A stretch of DNA of 60,345 nucleotides from an uncultured virus (IMG/VR IMGVR_UViG_3300031673_013668) (Duplodnaviria; Heunggongvirae; Uroviricota; Caudoviricetes). The translations under genes and the position numbers were made by a program. This document shows, piece after piece, positions 58,115-60,345 of the stretch; position 1 is the stretch's first letter, and the number at the start of each line of letters is the position of its first letter. The stretch is taken from IMG/VR virus record IMGVR_UViG_3300031673_013668; one strand, given 5' to 3'. The notes beneath the pieces are model-generated. The model searched no databases. It saw only the letters and a list, made by a program, of their open reading frames with translations, and was not told where the DNA came from.

Positions 58115-58348
58115 ATGCGTAAATTGAAACCGTTTGATATGATTTACAGGGATTATACTATTAGAGTCACCAATATAAGAAATTATTCTGAACCACTAAT
58201 CCGTTTAACACGTAATATGTATAAATGTAAGTTAATTATCAAAAAAGATGGCAATAATTATACAACTAAGAATATAGAACTTGAAGCGCATGATAAACAA
58301 GATTTAAAATTTCAATTACGTTTAGTATTAAATTCTTTAAATTTCTGA
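58115..58348 (+). CDS. Hypothetical protein
   Basis: ORF track. Confidence 0.5.
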   Translation: MRKLKPFDMIYRDYTIRVTNIRNYSEPLIRLTRNMYKCKLIIKKDGNNYTTKNIELEAHDKQDLKFQLRLVLNSLNF

Positions 58349-58364
58349 GGTGTAATAATAAAGA

Positions 58365-58583
58365 ATGGGTAATCATAGAAAGAGGGGTTATCTCAATGGA
58401 GAGAAGCCTCCAATGAAAAATATTACAATCAATATTCCAAATTGTTATGATAAAAAGATTCAATGGCTCATCTCAAAAAGAATCGTAAGTTCTCGGTCTG
58501 CTGCGATTAGGCAAGCACTTCAAGAATTCTTGCAAAGAGAATACGGATTAAATTTAGAATTATTAGGATATGAGGGTTTATAA
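58365..58583 (+). CDS. RHH (CopG/Arc/MetJ) regulator
   Basis: ITINIP...SRSAAIRQALQEFL. Confidence 0.85.
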   Translation: MGNHRKRGYLNGEKPPMKNITINIPNCYDKKIQWLISKRIVSSRSAAIRQALQEFLQREYGLNLELLGYEGL

Positions 58584-58781
58584 ATGGCTATAGAAAATAA
58601 AACTCATTATATTGGTGCGAGATTTACAACAAAAGAAAGGGATTATATTAATGATTTCGCTGATAAATATTCTAAGACACTTAGCACACTATTACGGGAA
58701 GCCCTCTTTTCACATATCAATTTTCTAAAACAATTTGAAAGAAAAATGACAAAAATAGAGGTATATCTAATAGATGCATGA
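58584..58781 (+). CDS. RHH regulator
   Basis: IGARFTTKE...TLSTLLREAL. Confidence 0.75.
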   Translation: MAIENKTHYIGARFTTKERDYINDFADKYSKTLSTLLREALFSHINFLKQFERKMTKIEVYLIDA

Positions 58782-59148
58782 AAATAAGGACCAACAGATT
58801 GGCATTAGGTTTACTAAAACTGAAAGAGAGATTATTGAAACTTTAGCCTCTAATAGATCATTATCTCTCGCAGAATTCATACGATCTGCTATTTTCTCGC
58901 ATATAAATCATTTAGAGGAGGATATTGGCATTTTAAATGTTGATGTACTTATGAAACAAATTGATAATATAAATAAATCAATAGAAAAAGTAATCGAAAG
59001 TATTACTGTTATGAAAAAAGAAATTAATATTTTTGATTTAAAGAAAATACAACATAATTTAGGGATAAATGGCTCAATCTATTTCATTGACCAGTCCAAA
59101 CTTAACTTTACCGAAAAAATAGAACAAGATCAAACAAAAGAGGTGTAG
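58774..59148 (+). CDS. RHH regulator with coiled coil, paralog of 58584
   Basis: IGIRFTKTE...SLAEFIRSAIFSHIN. Confidence 0.75.
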   Translation: MHENKDQQIGIRFTKTEREIIETLASNRSLSLAEFIRSAIFSHINHLEEDIGILNVDVLMKQIDNINKSIEKVIESITVMKKEINIFDLKKIQHNLGINGSIYFIDQSKLNFTEKIEQDQTKEV

Positions 59149-59151
59149 ATT

Positions 59152-59346
59152 ATAAAAATAATAACAATTAACCTTCCATTACAATACTTAAACGCAATTC
59201 AAGCACTAACTGATTCCGGGATATATCCTTCAAGAAGTGAAGCTGTAAGAATCGCACTAAAGGATTTTCTAAAAGATGAACTAAAACTATATCAAGATCT
59301 TGAACCCGATACGTTCCAAAAAACAATAAAGAAGGCGAGAGCATGA
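59152..59346 (+). CDS. RHH regulator, probable ATA start (not in the ORF track)
   Basis: (M)KIITINLPLQYLNAIQALTDSGIYPSRSEAVRIALKDFL; in-frame TAG at 59146-59148. Confidence 0.8.
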   Translation: MKIITINLPLQYLNAIQALTDSGIYPSRSEAVRIALKDFLKDELKLYQDLEPDTFQKTIKKARA

Positions 59347-59996
59347 AAAAGGATTTACCAAAATATCAAGATAAGAATTGGTTAGAAGAACAATATCTGA
59401 TATTAGAGCGAAAGGTTGTTGATATAGCAAGGGAATGTAATGTAAATATCATAACAATAGGGAGATGGAGGAAGAAATTTGGTTTTCCTTCCAGAAAGTT
59501 CTCACAAGAAGCCCTTCTTAAAATGAGTGAATATAAAAGAGGGAAGTTTGCTGAAGAGGAAAACCATAATTGGAAAGGAGACAATGTAGGCTATCATTGT
59601 TTACATAAATGGATACAAAAAAATAAACCAAAGCCAGAAGCATGTCAAAAATGTGGTAAAAAACAAAAATATCTAGAATTAGCGAATTTATCTGGAGAAT
59701 ACAAACGAGATATTGAAGATTATATTTATTTATGTGTTAGATGTCATAAAGAGATGGATGGAACCTTAAAATCCTTTATTAAAGGAGGAAAAGAAACACG
59801 CTTTAAGAAAGGGAATATTCCATGGAATACAGAGCTCCCTCCCGAATTACAACCTAACTTTAGGAGAACATATTCTGAGCAAAGTAAATTAAAGGTAAGC
59901 AAAGCAAAAAAGAAATATTGGGCAGAGAAAAAACAACAAAAAAACAAAAATCTCTTAGACATAAATCAATCAAAAATAGAGGTGTATTCAAATTAA
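59343..59996 (+). CDS. HNH-type homing endonuclease with HTH and NUMOD3-like motifs
   Basis: WLEEQY...IARECNV HTH; NHNWKG; CQKC...LANL...LCVRCH; FKKGNIPWN. Confidence 0.75.
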   Translation: MKKDLPKYQDKNWLEEQYLILERKVVDIARECNVNIITIGRWRKKFGFPSRKFSQEALLKMSEYKRGKFAEEENHNWKGDNVGYHCLHKWIQKNKPKPEACQKCGKKQKYLELANLSGEYKRDIEDYIYLCVRCHKEMDGTLKSFIKGGKETRFKKGNIPWNTELPPELQPNFRRTYSEQSKLKVSKAKKKYWAEKKQQKNKNLLDINQSKIEVYSN

Positions 59997-60345
59997 GATT
60001 GTGACTGTAAATATTGAAGAAAATGCTCTAGAAGCAATCGAGAGATTAGTAGGCGAGAATGGATTATATCCGAGTAGGTCTGAATTGATCAGGGTAGCAG
60101 TAAGAGAATTTCTACTCAAAGAATTGAGACTAGCAAAAAACGTACAAATATTCAATGAGCCTGTGATCACGGATTATGATTCAGAACATTATGTAAAGAT
60201 TCCTACTGAGAACTCAAACAAAAGCGAGCCTGTGAGAGAATTCAAAACCTATAAGATTCTCAGAAAGCTAGAATATGGAAATGGGGCATCTCATTCTGAA
60301 GTGGATGTCCCACCAGAACATAACGCTATAACAAAGAAAGCTGAT
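59992..60345 (+). CDS. RHH regulator, probable ATT start, 3' truncated by window
   Basis: (M)KIVTVNIEENALEAIERLVGENGLYPSRSELIRVAVREFL; frame open to the window end. Confidence 0.8.
   Translation, partial: MKIVTVNIEENALEAIERLVGENGLYPSRSELIRVAVREFLLKELRLAKNVQIFNEPVITDYDSEHYVKIPTENSNKSEPVREFKTYKILRKLEYGNGASHSEVDVPPEHNAITKKAD

Larger units (their letters stand above)
1..60345. mobile_element. Segment of a large archaeal (probably Lokiarchaeia/Asgard) virus, provirus or virus-like element
   Basis: Integrase, Zot-like ATPase, adhesin, PCNA, HNH nuclease, more than 10 RHH genes and many short orphan ORFs; no housekeeping operons; archaeal TATA and GGTG-type SD motifs. Confidence 0.8.

Noticed and set aside
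2307..60170. Short antisense or alternate-frame ORFs in the track (e.g. 2307-2582, 5448-5738, 18092-18355, 27966-28256, 30713-31039, 55011-55310, 56729-56956, 59366-59584)
   Set aside because: Nested in or opposite longer genes with recognisable motifs; no SD or domain signal; shadow ORFs
1..60345. Reassigned genetic code (ATA as Met, or stop recoding)
   Set aside because: PCNA, TnpB and the ATPase translate normally with code 11 and all three stops terminate genes; ATA/ATT behave unusually only at starts
1..60345. Tailed-virus (Caudoviricetes) structural module
   Set aside because: No terminase, portal, HK97 capsid, tape measure or tail genes recognised; they could still lie outside the window

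Overview
AT-rich, gene-dense window, almost all on the + strand. It reads as part of a large archaeal virus, provirus or mobile element, most likely of Asgard archaea (Lokiarchaeia-like). That host call is my recognition of an archaeal PCNA, Loki-type RHH regulators and a Loki-type NosD/Ig surface protein, not a database result. Layout: (1) 1-6.6 kb, the C-terminus of a tyrosine recombinase followed by about 20 short unrelated genes joined by a near-invariant AAAGGTGTGAAA junction, with 12 ORFs (including the recombinase) ending K-V-stop. (2) 6.6-35.5 kb, a membrane/surface module: paralogous membrane proteins, a CAAX-type protease, a 2641-aa adhesin, a NosD protein and a Zot/pI-like ATPase. 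Seven of its transcription units share a 43-bp promoter element, and it is interrupted by an aroB'-fragment/RHH-switch island. (3) 35.5-41.9 kb, basic proteins and two JAB/MPN-domain paralogs. (4) An IS607 element (tnpA plus a RuvC-rearranged tnpB) inserted in a DUF6978-like gene. (5) 45-60 kb, an early/regulatory region with a second RHH switch, a helically phased TGTCATCACA array inside an RHH gene, PCNA, many RHH proteins and an HNH nuclease. I recognised no HK97 capsid, terminase, portal, DNA polymerase, rRNA, tRNA or CRISPR array. Functional calls come from motif inspection only.
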